Source: Lama guanicoe (lineage: Eukaryota). From it: a stretch of DNA of 64,000 bases. Positions 51,501 through 64,000 of this stretch are shown here, in pieces. The stretch is from positions 2,665,374 to 2,729,373 of the forward strand of contig MU054220.1 of NCBI GenBank assembly GCA_013239625.1. Direction: 5' to 3'. Every line of letters starts with the position of its first letter. Position 1 is the stretch's first letter. A program made the translations under genes and the position numbers. The notes beneath the pieces were generated by a model, which saw only the letters and a list, made by a program, of their open reading frames with translations, had not been told where the DNA came from and ran no database searches.

Positions 51501-54500
51501 CCTGTTAACCCAGCTTCAACAATTACCAGCATTTTGCAAACTTTCCAGTATGAAACGTACAAGGAAAGTAATTTTATGTTTTAGCATGTAGTACAGATAG
51601 ATAAGTTTGTATACTCAGAGGAGGAAAAGTGTATGTGCACAAATGTTAACTCTTTTCATACACTGTAAATTTAATACTGATAATCACCTTTTAGGATAAT
51701 GTTGCTTTCATTTGTCTTTTAACTTACTGAAGATGTCTGAGCCACCACCAGCTTAATGGAGAACAGTATCTTCTGGAAAGATTTTAGTTTTCTTACTACC
51801 CTGTCTTTGGAAACTCAAGTTTATTAGGTTTGAATTTATTATTCTTACGAGTTTCACTTTAGGTACATTTGCCTATCTGCAACCTTTGTATGGGCCACTA
51901 ATGATTGTTTCTTGAGTGTTGGGAAATATTTAAGTTAGTGTAAAGTTGGAAATCACTAAATCTTGTTCTGCGTTTCTCCTTCTGCATATTCTATTTCTGT
52001 ATCACATAAGTGTATGTATTGACTAACTAAGGAATACATATTATAACTTGTGAAATAGTTTGTTGAGGAGGAAATTTTGACTACCTGCTATCCCTAGACC
52101 TGGTAAACAGTGAGTGATTGGGAACTTAGAACTTAAGTCATTGTTTGCTTCTCTTTGGAGAGGTAGCAAATTGTGCATATGTCTTCAGTTGTGGATCCTG
52201 TTCATTACTAGTTACTACGAGGTGATGGTAGCCTCATATCTAAATTTCCCAGCTTTTATTAGTTTAAATTAGACCCATAGGGATAATTATTCCACCCCAA
52301 TGCCTGAAGAAGCATAGTCATTGGTAGTTGTGCATCTAAACCCCTGTGCAGTGCATTGAAAAGGTGTCTTCTCACATTATGATGTTGTTTGGCATGTTTA
52401 GTTTAGTGCAAGGAGTATACTTATTTAACAGGACTCTTAATAAGCTCCCTCTATATCGAAGATATCTTTTAAAAAATTATACTTATGACAACGTTGTAGT
52501 ATTCCCCAGTAGAGTTCATCTAGAGCAGCGAAACCTTTCTAAAATAAAACTTATTCCTTTAACCGGTATTCATATAAGTGGGTTTCTCTGTACTTGGTTT
52601 CCATGGAAATAGCGAATAGCTAACGTTATTTATAAGGTGGAAGTAAAATAGGGTGCCTAATGGGACCCCATGCTGCTCTGATGAAGAGACGTAGGAAAAA
52701 AATCCATGCTCATGGGATTTTTTTTTTAAACAAGGTTAATGGAAGCCCTGATTTCGGTCTTCTGTAACAGAACATAGTTTTGGTTTTAAAGGCTAGCATT
52801 AATATCAAGCAAACTTCTTTTTTTGGTCTGTATTGCTTTCACTTTCAAGTTTTAGGACCACTTACTTACCAGCAAGATTGAGGCTTTATGCCTCAGACTC
52901 CTGTTTCTTTGGGGTTTTTGTTTCAAAAGTTAAAATCCCTGGCATATTGTAGCCATTTCAATTTCTCATTGACGTTTCAAAGTACAGATAAAAAGCTCAA
53001 TGTTTATTAATGATAGCAGTGATGATAAAGAATCAATATGTTGCACTTCATGGGTTTTCTTTTTTAATGTGAATATTGTGAAACCATTTTTAGTTTTCAG
53101 GCCTTAAGTCAGGGTTCTTTTTCATTAGTGTTGTGGAGCTAAACCTGTGTATTCAGAGAGAAAGATTCTAATTTTCTTCTGGGGATAGAAATGGGGAAAA
53201 TCTTAATTTCCTCTTTCATTAAAAAAAAGGATTGTTTTCAAAGCCTTTTAATTGAAATAAGTGTGAATTCTTTTAGTCTTTGAATGTGGATTTGGGATAA
53301 ACCTTGGCGTTATCCTCACTGCTGCAGTAAGGCCTCCTCTTAGTTTTCTGGGCCTACAGCAAAGCCTTGCATTTCTTAAGCCCCTTCATGTGAAAGACCA
53401 TCATTCCCTTTGTGTTTGTGTTTGTGATTGGGGTGTGTGTGTGTCTCACTAATTTTTTTGTAGCCTGAAAGGCACCTGCTCATTTTTTAGCCTGGTGAGT
53501 ATAGCAGTGCTATATTGAGAAGTGAGGCAGTATGGAACACAATAAGGTGCTATAATTTTTATTTAGTTAGTTTTGGCCGTCCTTGGCAGCTTGTGATTGT
53601 TATCCGTTTGTCTGAAAGTACTCTGTGATTATTCCTGGCTATCAATGCAGCAGGAGTTTTCTTCTGTGTTTTAAAAGCAAGGGTTGTGGTGTACGGAAGG
53701 CTCCATCAGGGAAGCAGTTTTTTTGTTTGTGTGTGTCCGCGTGTGTGATTGTGTTTCTTTGGACAAGCTTCTGGCTACAGTTGAGTTTTCCGTGCTCTAA
53801 TTTTTAAAAATTTGGTTGTTTTAATTCTGTTGAATTTTTTTGTGAGGTTTTTTATCTCCAGCAGTTTATAAGTTTCTTCTGTGCATGTTGGTGCTATTTT
53901 ATAAAAATTTTCTTTATATGTTAATTGTTCTTTTAGTTTAGTTTTTTCTTTTATATTTTTAAAATCAGGTGTTTACCAGTAACCTTCCTTAGTGACTTTT
54001 ATTTGAATTATCTTTGTGCTTTGGAGACATAGGAATTTGGGTCTATTATCCCATCTCTGAGAGAACAACTCCCAGTAGTTGCAGTTAGTGCAACAGAAAG
54101 GGTTTTCACAGATGCAGTGCTGGGCCTTGATCCTCCTCCTTGGTGCCTATGGTTTACACCCAGAACTCCCATTAGTGTTAATAGGAGGTACTTGTTTAAA
54201 TCCCTATACACCAGGATAAATCCAAACTCTTTTGTAATGATTTATAGATACTTGAGTTGTTTTTTGTTGTTGATGGCAAGAATTTTGGTCCTGAGGTTAA
54301 CTGATTATTAAGATAAGAGTTTGAGTTGTCTTGGGATATGGGGTAATTTACTAAGTCTGATCTGTAATTAAGTTTATGTTACGATGATTAGACTCAGAAA
54401 ACATTCACACCTTTGTGAACTGTGGATGCTTATGAATAAGGATTTTTGTGCTTTATAGCATGGTGAAGATTTTTTTTCTATTTATTTTTTCCTAATACTT

Positions 54501-54977
54501 CTCAACTACAAAATTTTTACAGGTTTTTTGTAAATATTATAAGAAGACTTAGTAAAAGTTAACTTTTTTATATGTAAGCCTTTCCACAATTACTCTCTAG
54601 CCTTTTAAGTCTTTTGTCAGCTAATGTTGCTCACGTTTTTAATCATCTTGAAGCTAATAACGTGCACTGTCTTAGTGCATGGATGTTGCAATCACTGGTC
54701 AAGTATTAGATAATCACTGTTTACTATGCCTATCTGAATTATGGATTTTTATTACTTCATTTATTTATGCATAGTCTAATGGATGCCTAGATAGAGAAGT
54801 ATGTCTTGGTTTTAGACTGGATTTTGCCTTTTATTCTCTTTGTAGCTTTTGGCTAGTCATCCAGACTTCTTGGATGAAATAAAAGTATGGATCTGGTACT
54901 TTGGGATGTCCATTCTGTCTTTAGACTATTTAAAGGCCTACTTTCCTAGGTATGGAAGGAAATAGAGGACTATAAGA

Positions 54978-55154
54978 CAGTGGTTCCTAATCCTGTCTAC
55001 CCATCAGAATCGTCTAGGAGGACTTTAAAAATATACAGATATCTGGTCTCCAAATCAGACATAATGAATTTAGAATCTTTAAGGGTATGGCCTGTGAATC
55101 TATATATTTTTTGAAGTTTTAGAGTTATCCTGATCTAAGTTTGAGAACTAATTG
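54978..55154. mobile_element. MER5-like hAT DNA transposon
   Basis: CAGTGGTTCCTAA...CATCAGAATC...AAGTTTGAGAACTA termini. Confidence 0.65.
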
Positions 55155-55171
55155 TGCAAGACATTATTTCT

Positions 55172-55311
55172 TTTCTTTTTTTGGAGGGGGTAATTAGGTT
55201 TATTTATGTATTTTTAAAGTTATTATTTTTAGTGGAGGTACTAGGGATTAAACCTAGGACCTTGTGCATGCTAAGCACACAATTTACCACTGAGCTATAC
55301 CCTCCTTCTAC
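55172..55311 (-). mobile_element. tRNA-derived SINE (Vic-1-like)
   Basis: Reverse-complement SINE head and 20-bp TSD TTGTGCAAG(A/G)CATTATTTCT at 55152-55171 and 55312-55331. Confidence 0.9.
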
Positions 55312-55379
55312 TTGTGCAAGGCATTATTTCTACTGTACTCGTATGTACGTGTGTATCTTGTTAGGGAAATAAGACATAA

Positions 55380-56990
55380 GTTCCAGTATGAGACAGTAAG
55401 TGGTTAAATTCTAAGAGGCATAAGAGATGATAAACATTTTGAGAATTCAAAGAAGGGAGAACTGGGAATTGGGAAGGTCTGCATTAATCAGTTAGTCTCT
55501 TTATCTGGACTGGGTGAGATTTGGATAGGCAGAGAGAAGGTGAAAAAGAGTATTCTTGGTATAAGAAAGAGCATCCCTAAAGTGAAAGTTGGGGGAGGGT
55601 TGTTGTAGTCTTTATTTTGGTATTCTACTCTTGAAACTGCTGTATATTTCCTAAACATTTTGAGGGAGTGAGCCATGAAGATATTTGATGAGGTAGAGCA
55701 TTGCAGCTATAGGGAAAAGCAAGTAGAAGAGCCCTGAGAAGGAAACTTGTTTGGAGTTTTTGAAGTACAGAAAAGAGGCCAGTGTGGCTGGAGTAGATTG
55801 AGCAGTGGGGAGAGGGGAGCAAATGAGGACTGAGAGTAGCAGAGGCCCAAATCACTTAGAGCCTTGTGGGCCATTGTAAAGGACTTCAGCTTTTTTTTCT
55901 GAGTATGATGGGAAGCCATTGATATTTTGATCAGAGAAGTAACCAGATCTGTCGTAGATTTTAAAACGGTTACTCTGGCTACTGAGAGAATAGGCTTTGG
56001 GGGATAAAGATAGAAGTCATGAGATGGATTAGGAGGCTATTGCAATAATCTAGGTGAATAATGATGGTGACTTGGACCAAGGAGGTGGTTGCAGTGCTGA
56101 AACAAATGGTCAATGTCTATGTATTTTGAACGTAGAGGCAAGAGGGTTAGTTACTTGATTGGATGTAAGGTGTGGGAAAAAGAGGAGTCATTGATGACTT
56201 TAAGGTTTTGACCTGAAAGGATGGAGTTGCCATTTATTGAAATGGGGGTGACTCTGGGGAGGAGTTGGGGGATAGGTAGTCAGGAATTTAGTTTTTAACT
56301 TACTGAGCTTGAGAAGCCAATTTGACAAGTGTTGAGTGAGCAGTTTGATATATAAGTTTGGAAATCAGGGGAAAGGTGTGAGCTGGAGATGAAAATTTGG
56401 TAGTCACCAGTATACAGATCCTTCTGTAGCTATAAGACTAGGTGAGATTACCTACTAGGAAGTGTTCAAAGAACTGAGCCCTGGGGCAGTTCAACATTTT
56501 GAGATCTTGAGAGATGAGAAAAAACTAGCAGAAGAAACCCAGAAAAGTGGCTAGAGAATTTAGAAAGGAAATCAAGAATGGGTGGTGTCCTGGGAGTCAA
56601 GAGACGAAAGGGTTTCAAGAAAGAAGGAATGATCAACTGGGTCAAATAATACTGATCAAACAAGGAAATGAAGGCTGAGACTTTACTACTGGATTTAGGA
56701 ACAGAGAGATCATCACTGGTGATTTTAACAAGATTGAAGGAGGCAGATGCCCTAGTGGAGTGGGTTCAGTAGAGAATGAGAGGAGAGGAACTAGAGACAG
56801 TGACTTTGGTTAACTCTTTCTGGAAGTTTTGCTATAAATGGGAGCATAGATACGGGACAATAACTAGAGATTAGGATATGGAGTCATGGGCTTTTCTTTT
56901 TCCCAGATGGAAGAAACAAAATGATCCAGTAATGAGAGAAAAATTGATGCTTCTTGAGAGTGAGGGGAGAAGTGCTTGCTAGAGGGATGT
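55380..56990 (-). mobile_element. Long LINE-2 fragment
   Basis: Purine-rich antisense L2 text (gaggccagtgtggctggag, ggaggctattgcaataatctagg, atggagttgccatttattga). Confidence 0.8.
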
Positions 56991-58074
56991 CTATGAGAGG
57001 GTAGGATTAAGAGGGATGGGAGAGAGAGGGACAATTATGATATTGAGGTCTAACAGGCTAAATCTCATTAGCAGGACTCTGCTTTCTGTTCTGAGCATTT
57101 ATTTGCATTTAAATTTATTTCAAACTTGTTATACTCTCTATTAGAAGTTAGGAAAGGCAGATAAAAAGCAATAAAACTTACTGTATATAAAATTAGTGTA
57201 TCAGCTTGGTGTAGTAGAAGAGGAGAGATTGAATCTTCTGTGTAAGGTGACATTTCATAGTGTCTTTGAATGACAATTATCTGTGCTATTCTAGTCCCTT
57301 ATCAAAATTTATGATTGAGCGCAGACTATAAACTTAATCATTCAAAATTTGTAGTGGGGTGGATTTTAGTCTGATTTAAAACATGATTTAGTGTTGAAAT
57401 TTTTCTCTGCAAAATTTGTTTATTGTTTAATGTATATTCTTCATACACAAAGGTTTTAGATATTTTGCAAAAGGTACTTACAAAATAGTTATTAATCACC
57501 TTTGATTTATTGATGGTATTTTAAGTTTTACAATCATATCAGATATCTGAATGATTCATTTCTTTACCAGCTCTAATTAAGGCAACTACCTGTGAAGTTC
57601 TGGAGAGGTGAACAATCTTCAGTATGCAAAAAATCATGAGAAGTTATGTTAGCAAGATAGTATTCATCTCTAAAAGCAAACATTATTTCATTTACTCCAA
57701 CTTACATGTTTTGAATGTATTTTTCAAGAACAAATCTATATTAAAAATTTTTAAGCAAATAAGGCTAAAATTTTGAACTACCTTAGCTACAAGTGTGAAA
57801 TATATGTGAGAAACAAATTAAGTGGGCTTTGAATCAGCTTAATATGAGGAAATCAAACTTGCATTTCAGAATTATATATGTTTTGCATATGGATAGTGTA
57901 AAAAGTACAGATTTATATATAAATCTTTTTTGCTGCTAACTCATTAAACTACAGAAATAAAATATTCACTTTTCTTTTTTTAATCAGTATCCAAATGATA
58001 GTCAAATTAATAATTAGTCTTCAGAAGAAACACTTTGGTAGTTCTGATGCACAGTGTTTAAGAATCACTAACCT

Positions 58075-58195
58075 GGGGGGAGGGTGTACCTCAGTGGTAG
58101 AGCGCATGCCTAGCATGCATGAGATCCTGGGTTCAATCCCTAGTATCTCCACTAACTAAATAAATAAACCTAATTACCTCCCCCCTCCAAAAAAA
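58075..58195 (+). mobile_element. tRNA-derived SINE (Vic-1-like)
   Basis: GGGGGGAGGGTGTACCTCAGTGGTAGAGCG...GGTTCAATCCC, A tail, TSD AAGAATCACTA at 58060-58070 and 58196-58206. Confidence 0.9.
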
Positions 58196-59357
58196 AAGAA
58201 TCACTAGTCTAAAAATAATTTACTGTTTTTGGGTATCTGAACCTGTGTGAATCTTATAAAAGCTGTGGATCCCTTTCTCAGAATTCTTGTACATTCAGAA
58301 TTGAGCATGTAGTATCATGGAGTTGGTACACACCTCTGAAGCCCATTCACGGGGATCCTTAGGCATAAAGGATCTCAGTTTTTAAACCCTGCCCTAGATA
58401 GCTTACTTACATGATTTTTCTTTAAAACTTTATATGCAAGATTTCCCCCAAATATTTGGTCAGTATTTATTGTAGTTTGTTTCTTAAAAGATTAACTGCT
58501 GCAGCTGGTTAAGAGGAATTGAGATTTAGTGGAAAGGCCAGCTCAGTCAAAGGAATCTCAGAATCTGTAGGCTTTTCTCCAGCATTACTGCCAACTAGCT
58601 GTGAGACCTTTGGGGAAATCACTTAACATCTAAGGTTTTGATTTCCAATGTGATTTCTGCAGTCCCCTGCGAACAGTTTCATGAGTAGGTTGGTTTCATG
58701 ACATCAAGTAAAATTCTTTGTCAGTTAAGGGATTGACTCTGCTACTGATTTTAGGAGAAAATGCCCAAAAGATAAGGTGCATCCATTGTGCCTTTTTACT
58801 GAATATGACTTTTCAGAAGTTTTTTTTTTTTTTGACTGTACTGTCTCAAATGCCTATAAGTAAAACTTAAAATCCCAATCCCATACTGATCACTTTGAGT
58901 TTTAACATATTTTGTGTATTCTGGGTATAAGCCATTGTTATTATATGTGTTGCTGTTGAAATCTCCAGTTCTGTGGCTTGTTTTTTCATTCTCTTAATGG
59001 TGTTTTTTTTGATGAACAGAAGTTCTGAATTTTAATTTGGTCCAATTTATATGTCTTTTCCTTTTCATTATATTTTAAGATGGTAATATTTTACTTTATA
59101 ATCAACTGTTTTTATCCAGAGTCATTCATTTACCAAATAATGCTGTGGGAGATCAATGCATAAGAAATTATCCCCAGCATGAAAGAGCTAACAAGAAATG
59201 CCTAATAAGGAAGATAAAGCCTGCAATAGAGAGTAAAGAGTCTATTCAGTCAATTCATTCATTTAACAACTATTTACTGAGCATTTACTATGTGCCTGGT
59301 AGTGTCTTGAGTGGTATAGAATCCTATAGGTATCTGTACTGTTAAGAATCCACTTTT

Positions 59358-59501
59358 GTTTTTAATTGAGATTTATTGACATAGAACATTGTGTTTTAGG
59401 TGTACAACATAATGATTTGGTATGTGTATATATTGTGAAATGATTAACATTGAGTTTAGTTAACATCCATTACCACACATAGTTAAATTTTTTTCCTTAT
59501 G
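59358..59501 (-). mobile_element. Very short L1 3'-end insertion
   Basis: Antisense L1 3'UTR text (ggtgtacaacataatgattt) with TSD AGAATC(C/T)ACTTTT at 59345-59357 and 59502-59514. Confidence 0.75.
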
Positions 59502-60845
59502 AGAATCTACTTTTTAATAAGGACATTATTCTACAGATTCTTGCATCATTTTTCTTTTGGTTGGGAGTCATTCTAAATTTCGTGATTAAACTTGCCATTT
59601 GTACGGACTTTAGAACTTTAAAAAGTACTGCTGCTTAAAAAAAGGGCAGGATAAAACAAAAATTGAATTTCTTTTGGAAATGAATGTTACCTGCACAAAT
59701 TGGAGCCCTTTAAAATTATTTTACTATGTTTTATATGACTTGCATGATTAAATAAAAATTTATAATCTGGATGACATGAAGATTTTTTGAAATATCCCTT
59801 AGGGAAATGAGAATTGACACTTTTGGACTAACATTAGTCAACAAATGTACTATGTTTAACGCATAAGGACAATACTTTACAGATTTAGACCATGGTATGT
59901 AGAGTTTAAATAATTTAGTACTAAAATATTAGGGGACAAGTTTTAATTTTTGTTTCCTAATTTTTTTTTAACTGGAAAAGAAATTTAAGGCAAGGAAGAG
60001 TTAAAAATAAACATTATAGAAAAGAGAGATTGGAGAAAAACAAATAGTTGGATTTAACCAGTGTCTTTCATATTAGAATTTTTCAATGACAAAGGCAATG
60101 TGTGGATAAAAGTTTTAAAAGCATCTATACTATTGAAATGAGAGAAAAATGACAAATATTGAATATTGAAACCATTTAGGAAATGGAAGTCTTCAGTCTA
60201 AGAGAATAAAGGCAGTAAGACCTCCCCCCCCTGAAAAAAACAAAGCAAACATACCCTGACTTGATTTTTCTGAACTTGAAATCAACTTAATGGAGTTTAA
60301 TTAATCTTAAAAAAAAAACAAAACCACACACACGCAATTGATAAAAGCATCACTGAGCATTGTATTGGGATCCCAAAACCTTGGTTTTCTTTCTGGCTCT
60401 ATCACTGATTAAATATGTGGCATAGGGCAAGTTTTGTGTTACGTGGTTTACAGTCTATAAAGTGGTGAGACTTTAAGAATGTGAATGAAAAGTTTAATTA
60501 AAATTATGGCTGTACATATAAAATGCTGTGAATTTTAAAGCCTTATATAAGACAAATCCATTTCAAGATTAATTTAAAAAGGCCTTTTAAGTAGACCAAC
60601 TAAGGGCCAATGATGTTAACCTAATTTGTTAATATAAAGCAATAAACAGTGAAAGTCATTTGTTGAGGATGAGGGTGTATTTTTGTGTTTTTTGATTGAG
60701 GTGCATTTCATTTCTGTGTCTCTTAGGAAAGGGAAACCATCAACTATTTACTTCTCCTTGTCTTGAAAAAACTGTGGAAAGGTTGAAAAACTGGAAAATT
60801 AAGAGATCTAACTGCCCTTGAATTCTTTCCTTGCTGTAAAAACTA

Positions 60846-60884
<39 letters not shown>

Positions 60885-61033
60885 TTTTGAGTTTTAAAGT
60901 TTTGGAGATTTTTATGTGGTTTGGCTTTTTCTTGTAAAAATCAGATGGAAATCTTTAAGTCATTAGCTTTTGATGACAAAGTCATAAATCTGTGTTTGTA
61001 GTCTGATTCCATTTTCCCCTTTTTCTGTTGTAG

Positions 61034-61074
61034 GGAGCAAGAGAACTGAAGGAGAGCCAATTTCCCCAAAATTG
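61034..61074 (+). other. PHF21A: PHF21A 5'UTR exon 2 (41 nt)
   Basis: Pyrimidine tract plus TAG acceptor (ccctttttctgttgtag), exon GGAGCAAGAGAACTGAAGGAGAGCCAATTTCCCCAAAATTG, consensus donor GTAAGT. Matches the recalled mRNA leader. Confidence 0.85.
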
Positions 61075-62269
61075 GTAAGTACCTTTTCTAGGCAGGCATA
61101 GTGTGCTTGATACTAGTTGGATAATAATTTAAATATTCAGTGGTTTTTTTTTTTTTTCAAAAAAGCTCTCTCCCAGAAATGAAAATGAGGCTTTGCTCTT
61201 TGCACTGAGTGAAAGTGAATTTTTGTCTAATTTCACATAGCCGTGTCTCAAATGAATTTGTGTTTCTAATAATACTGCTCAGCTTGCATGTTCCTGCATT
61301 CGATAACCTGTTAAAATGTAAAGGTCCCCTTTGCCAAAAAGTCCTTAATGCATTGGTTAGGGCTGTAAATTCAAAAGTCAGGAAATTCAAAAGTTGAGGT
61401 TCCCATTGTGTTTTGTATTACTTAATATGTTGTTAAATTTGATGGCCTTAGTATATGTGCAGAATGGCTAGGTTAATGTAACTATGGGAACCTTGACTTT
61501 GAAATTTGGGGCTCGTAAGCATTTATATTCTTAAATTTAATATTGGGTTGGCTTCATGTCTGATATTACATTTTCAGAGTGTGTTTTGTGTAATTCTTGA
61601 AGAGGAAAAAATAAAAAGAGAGATGTAGCATTTGGGGGGCATGTAGGCAAACACATTTTTCCCCTAGTATCAACTTTAATATCTAACGGCTTATAAATCA
61701 TCACACTTAATCATTTCTTTGAATGCCTAATTCAAGATCACAGATTACACAGGGCAGTCTAGTAACTAAGGATCAAACAAATATTAACCTTATTTGGAGA
61801 GCACGTATTGTGATAAACTAAATTCAAACAAGGTGGCTGGAATAGGGTAGTCCTCCAATGCAAGGCTATTCTTTTTTTTTTTTTTTTGAAGTCCCTCTCT
61901 CAGATAGTAATTAACTTAGTGGGTGGAGCAGATATTTGGTTAAGGCTTCTTTTTCATAACTTATGGTCCTTAAGCTATCTCTTACCTTTTAGAAATTGGG
62001 CTTTGAACATGAAAGGGAGGCATTTGAATTAGTTAACCTTGCATTTTACTACCTTTTAATTCTACTTGCCTTTCTCTCACGTTTTAAATAATCAAGACCC
62101 TATAGCCCTTTACTTCGAGATGTGATGGAATCAGACGCTTAGAGAAGCAGGGATCTGAAGGGCTTTCTCTTTCAGCCTTTTACTGGATGTGGCAATTTCT
62201 TCTCCTATATCCCTGACAGATTGTTATTCGGGTACATACTGAATACTACATTTTTAAAAAAATGTAGCT

Positions 62270-62515
62270 CGTATTTTCTATAATGTATTCGGAGGAACAG
62301 TAGTTCCACAGAAGTTAATATTTTTGAGGTGGGGTGAGGGTGGGGAAAATGTTCTGTGGTCAAATAATTTGGAAAATGCTGCGTTAAACAAAGTTAAACA
62401 GGTTTCTTTACTGCAGGACTTCTCAGAACCTTTAATATGCTAATGTGCATTGTGAATCTCCAAGAGGGGGATATGATATGCAGCATTCTTGAATACTTCT
62501 AATGACAGGGAGCCC
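62270..62515. mobile_element. hAT-type MITE overlapping the PHF21A exon 3 acceptor and body
   Basis: Inverted homology to 22618-22907. Confidence 0.75.
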
Positions 62516-62528
62516 ACTACCTCATAAG
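62417..62528 (+). other. PHF21A: PHF21A 5'UTR exon 3 (112 nt, transposon-derived)
   Basis: Acceptor tttctttactgcag|GACTTCTCAG and donor CATAAG|gtaacc. It follows exon 2 in the recalled human mRNA. Confidence 0.8.
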
Positions 62529-64000
62529 GTAACCCATTCCTTTTTTGTACAGCTCTAATCCTTAGCGCTTCCTTAAATTGATCTGAAATCTCTCTCCCAT
62601 AACTTCCACTTCTATTAAGTACTTATTGGTTATGCCAAGACCACCACACCCTCTTATGTAATCCTTTGTGTAGTAACTATTTATATGATTCTGGCCAGGT
62701 TTGTCTGGACTTTTTTTTGACATTAGGTAGCATTCTGGTAAATGTAGCAACCATTTCTAAAATCTCGACCTCATTGTCACAATGCTCTTACATGCTATTT
62801 AGCCTTCTTCATTTTGAGTTGCTGTGAGTTTTAAAATTTACTTCAACATTCTTGCTGTTGGGTATAGTTGGGATGATTTTGGTAGACATACTTGATTTCT
62901 GTAAGGAAAGGTGGGAAATAGAAGAATGCATGTGTTCCTGCTAGGCTTGGGCCCAGGAAGCTGTGGTAGGAACTGTATGTTACAGCGCACACTGGTGGTC
63001 GGGAGAGGTGCAGGACACTGCAGCAGACCTGTGGAAACCCCTACTCGACCCAAAATACCACACCCTCCTGTTGGAATGGTGTGACCTGTGTAGGTATTAC
63101 TTTCAATGAAGATGTGGCCCTCTTTCCCCTCAAAAAAACAGAGAAAAGAAAGATACATATTTTATACTCAAAGACATTCAGACATTCAGATATCATAAAT
63201 CCATTTTTTTGTGTGTGTATAGAAATTTAATTTAATGGTTAAGAAACGTCAGTCTCACTAGCTGAGGTGAGTTTTATAAACACTTGTAATACCAGGATTT
63301 GAGCATATTAACTTTGCCAGATTCAGAGGGTAGCTTCTAAAATCAGGATTGCCAGGCTCTTTGTGCTGTAGCATTTTCTGTTGACCTGTGGTATATCACC
63401 AAAGAACACCACTAGGAAAATAAGAAAACAAATGTACATTGTTTTCTAATACCATTTTTATTGATTCATGTTAGTAAATGTTAGTTTTCAACAAGTGCTA
63501 TTAAAATAATTTTTTATTTTTATCAATAGTTACAATTTTTAGAACTATTAGTTAAAAGTTAAAGATACTGTTTTATCCCCTAGCATGATAGATACATAGT
63601 AAGCAGTAAGTATTTTACTGAAATTGAAACCTGTTATTTTAGTATTAGGCATGTGACAAATAAGAATACATAGATCTGTCAATACTTTCTGCTTTTTCAT
63701 ATCTAAATAATTAAACCCACTCTAGACACTGTTCTAAGACTATAGATCAAAAGTGGAGTCTTATACCAAGTAAACATATGATATAAAGAACACTGAGCTG
63801 ACCATTTTTAGGGAATTCAGTCTGGAGGCACAATATTATGGAGTTATTGTTAGTTAAAGAAACTTGATTGATGAGTTGAGTTTTGATTGGAAAAAGTTCA
63901 TATCAGTTCAGAAACACAGCAGTGTTTCTTAGTAAGTTCAGAGTTAAAGCATTGCTGCATTATTAGAATCATAATGAAAGACCTAGAAGTCACCTATTCT

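Larger units (their letters stand above)
34132..61033 (+). other. PHF21A: PHF21A intron 1 (~26.9 kb)
   Basis: GT...AG between exons 1 and 2. The + strand is visibly T/G-rich, consistent with + strand transcription. Confidence 0.75.

Noticed and set aside
1..64000. Other 60-130 aa ORFs; CRISPR-, operon- or prophage-like systems
   Set aside because: The ORFs fit chance or repeat origin, and I saw no repeat-spacer array or prokaryote-like gene-dense segment.

Overview
This is mammalian genomic DNA, most likely camelid, judged from four tRNA-derived SINEs resembling the Vic-1 family. The window covers about 32 kb of repeat-rich upstream sequence, a CpG-island promoter (about 32.4-35.2 kb, with two N gaps), and the first three non-coding 5'UTR exons of a + strand gene. 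I recognise that gene from memory of the human mRNA as PHF21A (BHC80); its start codon lies beyond the window. The only long real reading frame is the 5'-truncated ORF2 of a young LINE-1. The best-supported observations are: (i) 5'UTR exon 3 is an exonised hAT-type DNA-transposon MITE carrying five uAUGs, with a second copy of the MITE in the window; (ii) an L1 insertion with an apparent ~560-bp 3' transduction bounded by a 16-bp TSD; (iii) a young L1 with an uninterrupted 771-aa frame nested in an older L1; (iv) a 34-nt tailless U2 retrocopy with a perfect 16-bp TSD; (v) overlapping stop-start uORF pairs in the leader. I found no evidence for a wholly new biological system. Gene and repeat family names come from recall, not from database searches, and most old-repeat boundaries are approximate.
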